The notes beneath the pieces are model-generated. The model did no database searches. It saw nothing but the letters and a program-made list of their open reading frames with translations, and was not told the DNA's origin. Source: Octopus bimaculoides (lineage: Eukaryota). Taken from it: a DNA stretch of 64,000 nt. The stretch spans positions 29,551,168-29,615,167 of the forward strand of contig NC_068988.1 in NCBI RefSeq assembly GCF_001194135.2, in the 5' to 3' direction. The first letter of the stretch is position 1; each line of letters begins with the position of its first letter. The position numbers and the translations under genes are program-made. Positions 1 through 12,975 of the stretch are shown in pieces.

Positions 1-152
1 TTGGCAACAGCAAGGGCATCCAGCTGCAGCAATCAGTCCCATTGCCATGAGAATCAATCTTTTTGGTGTAGTGGCTCCCAATAAGAAATTACTCAAGCTG
101 TGATTCTCCATCCAACTCATGCCAGAGGACATATGACGATGATGATGATGAC
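1..152 (+). mobile_element. Family A element, degenerate
   Basis: ttggcaacagcaagggcatccagctg ... ccatccaactcatgcc + (GAT)n. Confidence 0.65.
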
Positions 153-1123
153 AATACCATACTTTTACAATGTTTTACTTGTAGAAGTACTAGTTCTAAA
201 ATATAAAAAAAGAATATTGTGTTTATTTAATTTATTCATTTATATGAACTGCCTCATTTTTCATTTTATGTTATTTCAAATAAATATTTCTCTTAATTGC
301 ACATATTATAAAAGTCAAAGTTGTATAATTAATTCATAACTAAGAGCCCTGGAACAATTGTTGACTGGAAAATACTTGGAGATTTGTTCTTTAGTTCTTC
401 ATCTTTCAGTGATCAAGAATTAGACTGGTTACAGAAGTGAAGGGCAGCTTGAGTTTGTAGGTATCAAATTCGTTGGATGTCTAACTGTAACAGTTTGGTG
501 ATTTATAACTTCAAACTTAATCCTACGACTTGTCCTTGAATATCAATGGAAAGTTTTTTCCATAATTGTCTTGGTACGACAGCGATTACAAGAAGCTCAA
601 GCTCTAAAACTGAAAACTTTGCCTGAAATGATGGCTTAAAGTAGTTAATATTGAGAATAAATACTTCCTATTACTTGCTTCATTAGTTATCAGTATTTTC
701 TTGAAAACCAGCTGGGAAGCTGTGTGTATCCTGTCAATAGTGTCACATCATATCCAAAGTCAAGACACTAGACTTTCGATAATTGAGTCTGCTTAGTTCT
801 AAGTTAGTACCATAAATTATATAATCCAACACTGTAAGTAGCAGCATTGTGTAATTCTTTGGCTTGCAATACTGAAATCAATTTATCTGGCAGGTAAAGC
901 TAGCTGTAATATATGAAGATGATTTATCTCATGTCTACTTACTGTGATAAAAACTTGAAATAAGAACTGGCCCCATATATCTTTGTGTTTTGGGAATGAT
1001 TTAGCTATGATTAATTTTATATTTTCATGTTTGTATGTAAGATTAAGGTTTTGAAATATCTAAAAGAAAGAAAAATGTTTGAGAGTTTTAGAATTTATAT
1101 TGTAAATTTTATTTCTTAAAAAT

Positions 1124-1332
1124 CATCACCATTATCATCATCATCATCATCGTTTAACATCCTCTTTCCATGCTAGCATGGGTTGGACGATTTGACTGAG
1201 GACTGGTGAACCAGATGGCGACACCAGGCTCCAATCTGACTTGGCAGAGTTTCTACAGCTGGGTGCCCTTCCTAATGCCAACCACTCCGAGAGTGTAGTG
1301 GGTGCTTTTATGCGCTACCAGAATGAAGGCCA
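1124..1332 (-). mobile_element. Family A element (young)
   Basis: (CAT)n + cgtttaacatcc..ccatgctagcatgggttggacg..tgcccttcctaatgccaaccac. Confidence 0.9.
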
Positions 1333-2737
1333 AAATTTAGTTTTTGCAACTGATGCATATTAAACATTGCAATTTTTTCTATATGGAATAGAGATTAGGA
1401 ATACAGATATCAACAACACTGAGATCTTAAATAAGGTTTTATTATTAAAACATATTTTGTTTAAATATTTTAAAAAGTAAGCAATTAATGATTAAAACTA
1501 AAATATATATTGTATTTCAATAAATTTATTTAAGTATTTTAATTTATTTTTTCTGAACAATACTTGTTATCTCTTAAGACATTTGAGGTTAAAACATCTG
1601 CAACACAGTAAGGACAGTAAATTCCTTAAAACTTCATTAGTTGTCGTATGTAGAATTGAAATAAGCTAAACAGATGCATATTAAAATAGTCAGAAAAGCA
1701 TATTAGTGTTTGTGTGGCCAACAAATGCATTAATGTAGTATAATTAAAATCTACATGATTAAAAATAGTATTAACTAAACTCAAAGATAATTTCAGTAAT
1801 ATTTTGGGTGGCCACAGATTGTATCAAAACATTATCCTGAGAAAAATATTCTGTTTGTAAAAATACAGATCTCTAAATTGGGTTCATGGCCCTAAATATT
1901 CAGGGAAGAGATTTTGTCAAATGAATGTCAATAAAATAACCACTTTACCTGTAGTTACTTTATAGTCATCCATAGAGATAACTGGCTGAGCCAATCAACC
2001 CTGTTGGAATTTTTATTTTAGAACATAAGGAGGATATCATTAAACTCTGCAAAGCATTTAACCACACTCTACTGTCGGTGCTACTCCTTTTTCAATAATC
2101 TTCTGCTTAAATTTTACTGATATGTTTTCTTATTGGTTATGTTGCTGTTTTATCTGTGATGAAATATGGTTTATTTTCTATGTCTTCAGTGTGTTGATCT
2201 ATATGGAGTACAATTAATTAGAAGTATCATCTAATTAGATATTGACTTGTATTTGTTTTGTGTGGCCCAGGCCAGTTCTGATTGAGTAAAACTATGACCA
2301 AAGAAAATCAGAACAATCTTGTCTTTTATTGAGATAATGTTATTTAGGGTTATGTTGTAGAATGTGTCATTCCTTTTTTAAATGGTAGAGAGTATGATTT
2401 GATGGAAACTTGACTGCTGTTTGTAGCAAGTCATGTGTCCATATTGAGGTTGCTTCTAAATGAATATTCCTTTTGCTCTATTAATTAATAATCTGTAACT
2501 GTATAAGAAACCATCATATATTCTGCCAATCAACCAAATATAAAATGTGCCACATTAGATAAAATAAAATAGAAATAAGAGAATTTTGGGTTCAAGTCTT
2601 GATTGCATACATGATCAACTACTGCTAGAAGAAAGCACTGCATTAGTAGATTTTATTTTATATCTGAGATTTGGACATATGTCAATTGTTGATTATATTT
2701 GTTCACTAAGCAATTTTGTTATGGCATGATATCCTTT

Positions 2738-2741
<4 letters not shown>

Positions 2742-2793
<52 letters not shown>

Positions 2794-2871
2794 CCTCTCT
2801 CTCTCCCTCTCTCTCACTCTCTCTCTCTTTCTCCATCCAACCCATACAAGCACAGAAAAGTAGATGTTAAA

Positions 2872-2905
<34 letters not shown>
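2742..2905. repeat. (CT)n followed by a family A tail and (GAT)n
   Basis: Directly visible. Confidence 0.95.
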
Positions 2906-2906
<1 letters not shown>

Positions 2907-3276
2907 ATATGTATAAGTCGATTATTTGTATAGTTTATAAATGTTTTAAATGACCATGTAGTTTTATCCCAAGTTGCAGTACAGTGACAAGCCCCAGATT
3001 TAGGGCGAAATAAATTTATCTTTACCTACTTGCAGCTACTAGGACAGCCAAAACATAAAAATCAGAATGAATTATATCTACTCGTAAAATAAAATAAGTA
3101 TAGAAAAAAAAAAAAAATCTCTCTCTCAGTGATTCTCTCCCCTCGAGGGAAGTTTCTCCCCCTCTTCAATTTCTTACTAAACCCTATTTCTCTTTGCCTC
3201 TGAAGCTGAAAAGAACCACAGATGGTGACAGCAGCAATAATGGCAGTTACCAGTCAAATTTCACACATGTGTACAT

Positions 3277-3426
<150 letters not shown>

Positions 3427-4227
3427 ATATATATAAAATTTAATAAACATAGCATTTGTATGTGAGCTACTATAAGTTTCACGCTTGGACAGTATAGTTG
3501 CTGAATGGTCTTGTGTAGTGTGCCATGTACTGACTATCCTGCCATCATTCAGGCTTAATCTTGTTCAATTACTGTAATCTCTGAGCATGAAACTAATAGT
3601 AGCTTACATATAAATTTGGTGTTTACTAAATGACACCTATCTTCCACTGGATGAATTACTATTCTTGTTGATCCTACCAACAATGAAACAGTATGCTATA
3701 CATTTATATATACGAGTATAAATTTATGCAGAAGCTTATTCAGGTAGGGGAACTAATTTGAGGTTAATTAGATTTCGTAATGGAATTTGTTTGATATCTG
3801 TCTAAACCAGATGAATGGAGAAGCACTTGTAAGCAAAGTGGGCCATTGTAAAATCAGCTTATCTGTGTTATTTTGGGATAGGTGTGGGAAATCAGGTTAA
3901 CCTAGGTTTCTGTATTTTTGACACAGAGGGTCATTGGTGCTAAATGATAAGGATAATTGAAAGAATTACAAACTGATTAATTACATTAAAGATACTATTT
4001 AATCATGTCAGTAATAGTAGCAAAAAAACATCAACAAACCAATAAAAAGCATTATAGTAATACTATACCTGTAATAATCATAATAGTCATTTGTTAGATG
4101 TTTTTGTTCATCATATCAGTCCTTATACTAAAACTGTAACAATAAAAAATAATGTTGTTACTACAAACAATATTCTGTCGTTGACATCATAAGAATTTAT
4201 AAATTTTCAAGAGAACATAATGCACAC

Positions 4228-4465
4228 ATAAAAAGCACCTGTGCTAGTGCCATATCAAAAGCACCCATACTGATGTGTTGTGTACAGCACCCATGCTGGT
4301 GTCACGTATAGAGCACCCATGTTGGTGCCTCATATAAGCCACATATAAAGAAAGCACTGGTGCTGCATAAAAAGCGACCAGTACACTCTGTAAAGTAGCT
4401 GACATTTGGAAGGGCATCTAGCCATAGAAACCATGCCAAAACAGACAACTGGAACTTGGTCCGCT
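4228..4465 (+). mobile_element. Family A element with short internal aaaagcacc..tgctggtg tandem units
   Basis: Several agcaccc units, then cagtacactctgtaaag..ggaagggcatctagccatagaaacc. Confidence 0.75.
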
Positions 4466-6361
4466 CTCAGATTGTAACTTTTATTTATGTTAGTGCTACT
4501 ATAATTAATATTTGTATTCAGTTTAGTTAAGTTGGAGAAAGTGATGGTTTATGCTGTTAGATGTGGTGGTTGAATGAGAACCTTTTACAGTATAGTGATT
4601 GAAAATCTTATAGTAGCCATGCAGTGAATGCAATGTATGTATGTGTTTGTGCAATATTTATGTGCACATATCTGTGTGAATATTGACATTTCATATCTTC
4701 CCTTGTTACTGAGTGAAATGATAGCATGTTGACATTGTGACCTGAGCAAGTACAATGGTTATAGTTCACTTCAGTTTTAGTTTAAAAGTTTGAAACCATT
4801 GAAAAGGTTACAGTAGCATGATTAAAAACTCATGATAGATTTGTTAACAATAAAACTAAAATTGAAATAAACCAGTGCTTGTGATGGCTGGCTTCTTAAA
4901 CCATTTGTCCTTGTTTTGATTAAGACTTCATCACCAATACCATCTTCCTTCTCTTCATATATTACATATCCTTCATTCTCTTTTGTTGCACATACAGGAA
5001 TTCTAATCTCTTCTTTGACCTCATCTTTTGCTTTTACTTTTACATGTAGTCTTCTGCTTCCCTCCATAATGTTCAAAGGATTTTAGTTGTTAGTCTATGC
5101 AATTGAACATTTGTACATTTGTACATTTTTCCAGCTGTTGACACTTGTGTTACAAATATTGCTTGTGAATGTGCTAGATCCCATGGCACACCTTGTGCTC
5201 TTGGTTAATGCCTTTGGACTTCCCTCTTTAAGTGGGCATAGCGTCTAAACAAGAAACTGGGTGTCATTTGGGAACTGAAGACAATTACATTCATCAGCCA
5301 TAAATTGATGATCAAATAACACTGTCATCATGGTGATAATGATCCAGATGATTTTGATCCTGATGATAGTACTCATCATCATTATCACCTTCATTATCAT
5401 CAAATGATAATGCAGTTCCAATTTAGAACAACTTTAAAATATCATATTTAAGAAGTAAATTATAAATATTTTAACTTTTCAGAAAACTGAGAACTTCAAA
5501 CAAGTTTTTAAATTGGTTTGTGAAAGGAAATTAAACAAAAGACCTTAGATTTTCTGTTTTCTCATATGATTTAAATATAAGCAATCATAACATATATATA
5601 TTTATATATATATTCAGTTATTGTTAACATAAATTTGGATGTTAAAAACAGTTTGTAAGTTAGTTTCTTACCACTAGTTTTCTGGTGTTTACTTAATCAT
5701 TGAAATTTTTCTCCTGATTTACAAAATTCTTGTTTTACATTTATATGATAATATTTTTAATGAATTATTGAAGACAAAAGTTACTGTGAGATTCAGGAAT
5801 ATTATATCTTCTATTTGTTATTAGATGATTTATAAAAGACTTAAAGCATAACTTCATTAGTATTTGAATTAAATACAGCGAAATTATATTTGAATTTATA
5901 TTTGAAAACAAGATACTGTGAGATTAAAGTATCTTCTGTTACTTTTTGATATAAAGAATTTAGTTGACATGACTTTCCTACTCAATGGGAAGTGTGTAAT
6001 AAACTAATCAGAGTCTTTTAATTCTTTTATTCATTTAAGTGTATCAGCTTTAAAGCTGCAGTCATGCTGGGTCACCGATTAAAAAAAGTCTTAAGTTATC
6101 TTATGGTAATGTGTTTGGGTTCCACAGACCTTAAAGAATGTAAAATGTGAAAAAATTGAGATTTTCCTATTCTTGATCTTTTGCTAAGAACATTTAACGT
6201 ATCCTGGTTCATATATTCTTGTATCCTACTAAAGTTTTGTTTATATTTTACAAATATCAATCAACTTTAAATTTATAAATAAATTTGTAATGAAACTTTA
6301 ATTTTGTTTAAAATTCTATGTTAGAAAAATAAAGCTTGATTAATATCTGATATTTCATAAT

Positions 6362-6537
6362 TAGCCATCTGGATAAACCATGCTAGAGACCATGCCAGAG
6401 CAGACATAGGAATTATTTAGTGCAGTCTTCTGGCTCACCAATTCCTGTTGAACTGTCAAACTAATGCTGGCATGGAAAACATATGTTAAATGATGATGAT
6501 GATGACGACGATGACAACAATGATGATGATGATGACA
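6362..6537 (+). mobile_element. Family A 3' end, degenerate
   Basis: gaccatgccagagcagac..gctggcatggaaaac..gttaaa(TGA)n. Confidence 0.65.
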
Positions 6538-7899
6538 GTAACTCTTAAGACTGATGATTTGGCTTATAGATGCTGTAATATTCACAACAATTATTTATTA
6601 CCATAAACTGAAATAGTTACTGTAATTTTTACAATAGAAAATAATCCAAATTTTTATGGTCAAGAGAGACACTTCTCTGTTTGAGAAAATCATAGTAAAT
6701 GCTGTACATCTTGAATGCACCATATTGCCTGTTGTTTTTATTTTACTTCCATAAATTCCATACATAAAATGATTAGAAGCAATAACATTAGTAGATGCCA
6801 TGTTTAAGCCAGAAGCCTGAGATGTTTCATTGACTTAATAAAACCATTTTTATTGTACTGCTTACTCTTTACTTTTCTCATTAGGCTTTGCAGGAGGCAG
6901 ATTAGTAGAATCCAATTCAGTTACAAATTTAAACATCTCATTTCAACAAATTATTGTTCAGAATGATGCTTATGCTACCCTAACATCACTGATATTTAGA
7001 CATAGCTCTTATTTCTAAGCTTTGTCTATTAAACACAGCTCTATTGATGGCTGATGAAATAATGGGTGGGTAGCTCTTTCCCCCAAAACAGCATATTAGA
7101 TAAATTATCTATATTTCAATCTTCATTAACGATATTAATCCTTTAGGCCATTGTTTACCTAGCCTTGACTACTAATTTAAATCAGCTTGTAGTTAAAGCA
7201 TACTAATTATGGATGTTGATGCAACAAGCATTAATTCTGCTATCATTTGTATCATCATCCCCATACTCTCAACACTCCTACTATTATTCCTATCATCAAC
7301 ACAGCCATAATTTTGCAGCTATTTGTTTAATGCTGGTTTATGTTAGAGGCAGTTGGGAAATTACTTTCTACACATTTCTTAAACTTAAGTCTTTTCCTCT
7401 GAGTCCAAACCATTTAGAATATTTTTTTCTAAATACTCTATCATTTATCTATCTTCACTATATTCCACAACCAGTTTACAATATTTCATCTAATTTTTTA
7501 TATACATATTTTTTTATTCTTACAGTATGCTCAACCTCTGTTTTATCAAGTTAGATCGTCTCAACAACATTGTTGAGAAATTTATTTATATTCGATATTC
7601 ATCATTTGGAAGGCTTCAAAATCTTAGCATTTAAAAACTGGGGGTTTTTTTTTTTTTGGTTTTTTTTAGATAAACAAACTTGAAATATAATCATTCAGTT
7701 TTCACTAATTGTATTTTCTGTTGCTGTCAGTTTCCCCAAGAATATAACATTGTCCTGAGAGAAATCCCAACTCTTTGCCTGCCTTAATGTATCTTTCACA
7801 ATTTACTATGATGTGTACTAGCTTCATTATTTCATCTATTAGCTTTCATCCTTTATAAATTTCCCTCTTTCTGTATCACTCTTTATAGCAGCTGAATTT

Positions 7900-8860
7900 T
7901 CTAATTAATTAGGTTAGTAATCAGATCATTTTCTTGCTATCTATATGTTTATTTGTGCCCCAATACCCCCAGTATTCATCTTCTTGATTATTTGCCATCA
8001 ATTCCTACACTTGTATAACTGGTTCTATCAGTCAAACCTACTTGAATTCTTTTTCATTCCATCCCTTCTCCTTATAATTTCTCATTGCATTCAATAACAC
8101 CATTAACAAAAGAACCATACATCAGTTTCCTAGTATATCATTAGACAACTATAACATAACAAAATTACTTTTTCTCTCATAAATGTTAGCAAATGGTGTC
8201 TAATCATAGAAACCCATATAGTTATCCTTTTTATAAAAAAAAAAATGCTTTTGATAATGTGTAGCATGCAACCACCTTTTAAATTCTCTTTTTATGATTT
8301 CAGATCTATAGTATATCACCTTAATCTTTAGATTCCTTATTTGTCATAACTGTATAAAATTCCATTTGCCTACTTTGTTGTCCCATTAAAGATCCATTAT
8401 TAACTCAACTCATTTCTTTTCACCCATGATTTTCCAACAATAGACCCTAAATCCATGAGTACAGCATAAGTAAATCTAATTTTCTGTAATTTGTTATATT
8501 TGCAGTATTTATGATATATACACTTATACTATCAATGAAGAATTTTTTAAAGAATAATATTCCTGCTCTGTGTATCTCTATGTGTCCCTGTGTACTCCCG
8601 ACAAATTTGATACTTATATCATATTCACGTGGTCCCTCCTTTGAGCACTGTCTTTCTAAACTGAATTCAAAAGAAAGGTATTCTTCTAATACCATAATCC
8701 TACCTAAATTTGATTGAATTTCATTATTTGACCAACACTCAAACTATGGCAATTAGTCTGAGGATATCATCTTGAACTCTGATTCTTATCGTCTATTACC
8801 AAAATATATTAACCTTTGCTCCAATATCTATCAATAATTGAACCAACCTGTTACCCATCT
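7900..8860 (-). mobile_element. Highly decayed non-LTR RT, R4/Dong-like
   Basis: Faint collinear motifs on minus: LRLIA (YRPIT), ERQ..KEG.R (EEQKG.RKG.R), ITNYRK....YSWI (IDYRKAYD.VPHSWI), KR.I..GG (KRGIFQGD), DEY.GV (YKYLG). Many stops. Confidence 0.35.
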
Positions 8861-11149
8861 GTCTGTCTGAAGGGACTATACATGCTATCGGCAAGACTGT
8901 TCCTAACTTTTTTATGAACAAAAGGAAAGATTTTTAACCCTGACAAAAGGCAACACATTTGGAGTAGAATGGTTAAGATGATTAAACCAGTTTCAGTACA
9001 TAACTGGTACTTATTTTATGGATTCCAGGTATGAAGGCCAATAGGATCTGAATTCAGTGTAGCTGATTGAAGCTAAAAGTGTTAATTATGGTCTGGCATT
9101 ACTGATTCTTACAAAAGAAAACAGATTTAGAGACATAATTCAATTAAAGATGAAATGTTTTGTATTCAATTCCAATATTATATATTTAAATAATATTTAT
9201 TAACTATAGTACTGTATATGCTTTGTCAAGGAGAAAAAATATAGTTAAACTTTCCATTCAATGAGGGATAACTAAATTATTTTTTTTGTCTATTTATAAT
9301 AGTTTTTTTAATTATCTTTCATGCTTTCTTTAATTAATAATTCATGAGACTTTATAATTTAAGTTATCAACAATATTGCAGATTTGGCCTAATAAAAACT
9401 TATTTAAAAAACTTCATGCCAATTATAATATTATATGAAATAAAGGTGTTTTAGAGATAATCAATGAAATCAATACATTCTGCATTTAGGTTTGACAATC
9501 AGCTCACCTCACACACAAAATAGTTATAATAATAAAATAAAGATCCATCAACTTCAGCTGATGCTTATTTAATGAGAACAGTCTCTAACACAATGATCTT
9601 TATAATTTCTGTCTGAGAATTCAGTGTGAGAACAAATATTTGTGGAGCCATGACCACTAATGGAGAAACTATTGGCAATTCATATTGCTATAAGCAATGG
9701 TTGTGCAGAACAATAGATAAAATAGTGAAATAATTAATTTATTTGGCTACTAACAGATCGTTGCCATGGTATTCTTCTTTTAAATATGAGAATATACCAA
9801 GCAACTTTATATTAGAATTGTCTGTCACTTGTTTTCCAAAATAATCTATGTAAACATGTTTCATAGGAACCAATACTGAAACTGTGACCTAAAGCCTTAA
9901 ACATTAATTTTATTTTATATTCTAACCTATATTCTATTAATTGTCTTCAAGTTCTATCTTACTTTAAATCGATACATCTGCTTTTATGTTGCAATTACTT
10001 TTGAGGTCATCTGATTTTCAACATAATGTAGTTTCTTGAATATTTCACTAATTATTTTTTCTCTCTTTAGTTTGTCTGAGTAAGATGGCAGAAGTTTGGA
10101 GATAATTAGTTAATGTTTCATTTGATTAGTTACAAGTTTGTGGTTCAAGGGGTAAAATATTGCCAGAGGTAGAATTTAAAAAGGATATGGTTCTGGAAAC
10201 GATCGAAGAAAGAGTTTAGAACCAACATGGGTAATTGAGATCAGAGGAGAAAATGTAGATATATCAATTGAGTTATGGTGGTTATGGTATAGGGGTCAGT
10301 GCTCAGAAGAGCAGAGATTGTTGTAATAGCAAATGAAGAATAAACAAAGGTCACAATCTATCAGTATGTAACTAGTTTTAGGTTTTGGGTTACCCATTTA
10401 TAAGTCAGTAATTCAAATTTATTGCAGGTATTTCATTGTTTCTAGGTAAAACATTATTTTACATTGACTCAGTTCACCTAACTATGGAAGAATAGGTAGC
10501 AACACCAAAGCATCTGAAAATGTTACCTGCAATAGATTGGCATCCTGTCCATTGAGATATTTATCTTACATCTGCTTAGGATGATAAAACAGAAGCAACA
10601 TATTTCCCATGTTATATCGATCTGTTCACTATGTCACCTGTGTGACCTTTGTGTATGACATGTTTGTGTGTTATATAGGGTCTATAGTAATTCAGAATTG
10701 AAGAATTTTATGACATTAAAAGGGAAACGCTTTCCATGATAGTCCTGCTTATGTGAACTAGTTGTTAATTTCAAGAGAAGCTGTCAGAGATAATTTTTTG
10801 GTAATATGAAAGGAATTGAATGGTCTGTCTGAGATTTCTGTTATTCAAGAGTAAAAGAAATATAATGCTATGGGTTTGTGTACCCAGTTGCTGAACATGT
10901 AGAGTTTGTATATTACTGGTCAAGACTTGGTTGCTGAGTTTCTATTGTTAAAACTTGGTTGCTGAGTTTCTGACCTAAGTATTTGCAACTCTCAACTGAT
11001 CAAGCAATTTGGTTGTTCAAAGTTCCATGTTGGCAATCTATAGAGGGCTAATGGTAGGAAAGAGTGACAATATTCTCAAACTCAGGGTTATCTATTAGGA
11101 TGAAGTAGCTGGTCTGTTCTAGGTGACTTAGGTGTAGGGACTAATATGA

Positions 11150-12800
11150 CAATTTACAGAAATCCTTCACTCGGTAGTGCTACCAAGGAGTAGAAACAGT
11201 TTGAGAAAAACTCTAATATGGAAGTATCATTGGACAGAACTGTTTGAGATGTATTTTGAGCAATGAAACAATTCTTTACGTTCCCATTCAGTGTCCATAC
11301 ATTGCTGGTTTCTGATATATGTCAAACAGCTATTGTTGAATGTAGGCCAGATTTGGCTCTCAACTGAGTCCATCATGAAAACTGTCCTACTGCTCTACTT
11401 TAATTGAGAAAAGTAAGCAGTTTTCCTCTGTCTGCAGTAAAAGAGATTGTTTAATAGCCAAGGTTTAAAGAACTGAATGTAGATACTTTTCTCTTTGGTC
11501 AAGTCTGCATCAGCTTTTTAAGTCCTGCTGGAAAAAAAAAAAGATTGGTAAGCAACAGTTGGAGAAGGACATTTATTCTCAGTGGTCAGATTGATGTTGG
11601 ACTGTGAAGCTCCTTGATTACCTTGAGTTGGAGCTACTCCTGTATCAGGAAGATTATATCATCCATATATATATATCATGTTCTTTTTCCCCCTTCATCC
11701 AATTTTATGTAGAACCTATCTTTGTAATATCCCTTTTCAGCTAGCATCCCTCTGGCACATAAAAGAATTTATCATTGTTCAGAGATCTTATTTTCAGTGC
11801 ATAACTTCATTGCTCAACCAAGCACAACTCTCTGTGCATTGGGAACACACATTATTTTATTTTGTTTCTATATTTTCTCTTTTATTGAAAATATTCTATG
11901 CAATACATGTGCAATATCTAATACTGCATTTTCTTTATGTTGGGTATGTGCAAGTCCTGGTGGGGTTGACTGTGTAGTTGTCTTATTATCAGCACAATAC
12001 CAAAGAAAATGATTTGTAGTATTTAGTTACATATGCTTATGATCTAAGTTCAAATCCAGTTAGGTCAGCTTTTGGCTTTCGTCCTTCCAGAGTTGATAAA
12101 ATGAGGTATTGGTGAAGTACTGAACTTTTAATAATCAACTATATACAAACACATGTCTTGTAAAGGACAATTCAAATGCAAATATTGTTACAAATGGCAA
12201 CAGCAATAGCAGTAGTTTTGTTGTTATCATTAATCAGATGATTGATTTAGGTTAACTCCTGGAATAAAAAAGGGCACAGAAGTGTTGTGTTGCAAGGAAA
12301 ATTGCCTCTTTACTTTTGGAATACATTAAGAAACTAGTAAGAAGGAGAGTAACATAACTCTATCTTGTCACAAATTGTGGGGCAGCTTTCACATACTCAC
12401 AAAAAGCACAGTTGAAAGAAGGCTTCCTTGATGTTTGAAGTGATGCTGTTTCTGTTAGCTGGAGTTGACCATATGGAAACATGTGTCTGGTTCTATACCA
12501 GATGTGGACCCCTCTGTGAGTACAGAAAGGAAAGCTTTAGACTGGTTGTGTAGTATAAATAGCCCAACAGTTACACATGTTACTATAAGATCTGTTTTAG
12601 GGTTTTCTGGCTTGAGAAGATGAATTATCAAAGAAATGGCAACTAGCATCAAGCCTCAGCTGCTGCTGTTTCAAGAGCAACACTAGTTGTGTCTCTGAAG
12701 ATGGCAGGAGTAACCATGTCATCCTCAGAGCTGTGAATTAATTGTCAGGACAGTGAAGGCCCAATTTGCAGTAGTGCTGCACTCACCACTATCTTGTGAA
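11150..12800 (-). mobile_element. Decayed C2H2 zinc-finger/Myb-like N-terminus of an R2-superfamily LINE (tentative)
   Basis: Minus fragments FCTHRGVHIWYRTRH, KPSFNCAFCEY, NKCPSP..PAGLKK, RAKSGLHS...H and WT..E.KELFHC. Interrupted by a family C relic at about 12005-12130. Confidence 0.25.
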
Positions 12801-12926
12801 GATGAGGATTGTGTGAATGCAGACTAAAGAGGGATGGCAATTAAACAGTAAAATAGGGGAGAGGCAATGTCTCCTTCTTTTTTTTTTTTTGAGGAGTGTG
12901 TGCACATATGTGTGTGTATATGTATT

Positions 12927-12975
<49 letters not shown>

